This document shows, piece after piece, positions 63,998-64,000 of a DNA stretch of 64,000 nucleotides. Position 1 is the first letter of the stretch. The number at the start of each line of letters is the position of its first letter. The DNA comes from Heptranchias perlo (taxonomy: Eukaryota), in the NCBI RefSeq assembly GCF_035084215.1, contig NC_090331.1, positions 72,416,001-72,480,000 of the forward strand, read 5' to 3'. Below the pieces are notes generated by a model. It did not search any database and was not told the DNA's origin. It saw only the letters and a program-made list of their open reading frames with translations. The position numbers and the translations under genes were made by a program.

Positions 63998-64000
63998 CTG

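Larger units (their letters stand above)
1..64000 (-). repeat. Tandem segmental-duplication array of gamma-crystallin gene units (A-B-B-B-B-A-B)
   Basis: Crystallin stop codons at 10159, 21995, 33858, 45715, 52154, 63722 (spacings 11836, 11863, 11857, 6439, 11568). The ORF track and intergenic sequence recur near-identically in each unit. Confidence 0.97.

Overview
Eukaryotic (vertebrate) genomic DNA, most likely from a cartilaginous fish (inferred from the crystallin sequence and the CR1-type LINEs). The window is a head-to-tail tandem array of three-exon gamma-crystallin genes, all on the minus strand. Five genes are complete (175 aa each) and two are cut by the window edges. Two paralog types occur, in the order A-B-B-B-B-A-B(partial). 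B units repeat every ~11.84-11.86 kb, and the start of the window recurs ~53.55 kb later, which suggests a higher-order repeat. About two thirds of each B unit is transposon DNA copied along with the gene: a decayed full-length CR1 LINE (esterase ORF1, APE-RT ORF2) with an antisense CR1 nested in its 5' UTR, a truncated CR1 upstream of the promoter and a LINE fragment in intron 2. A-type genes carry a GC-rich TIR element in intron 2 instead. One solo LTR and one empty (pre-insertion) site are present. Notable details are a GC-AG intron 1 in every copy, TATAAA>GATAAA in two promoters, type-specific C23Y/R77G/R117C substitutions, and mosaic variant sharing between copies. I found no evidence of a wholly new kind of biological system, and most short ORFs in the track are LINE debris or spurious. 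Coordinates were read by eye, so TE edges may be off by a few bases.
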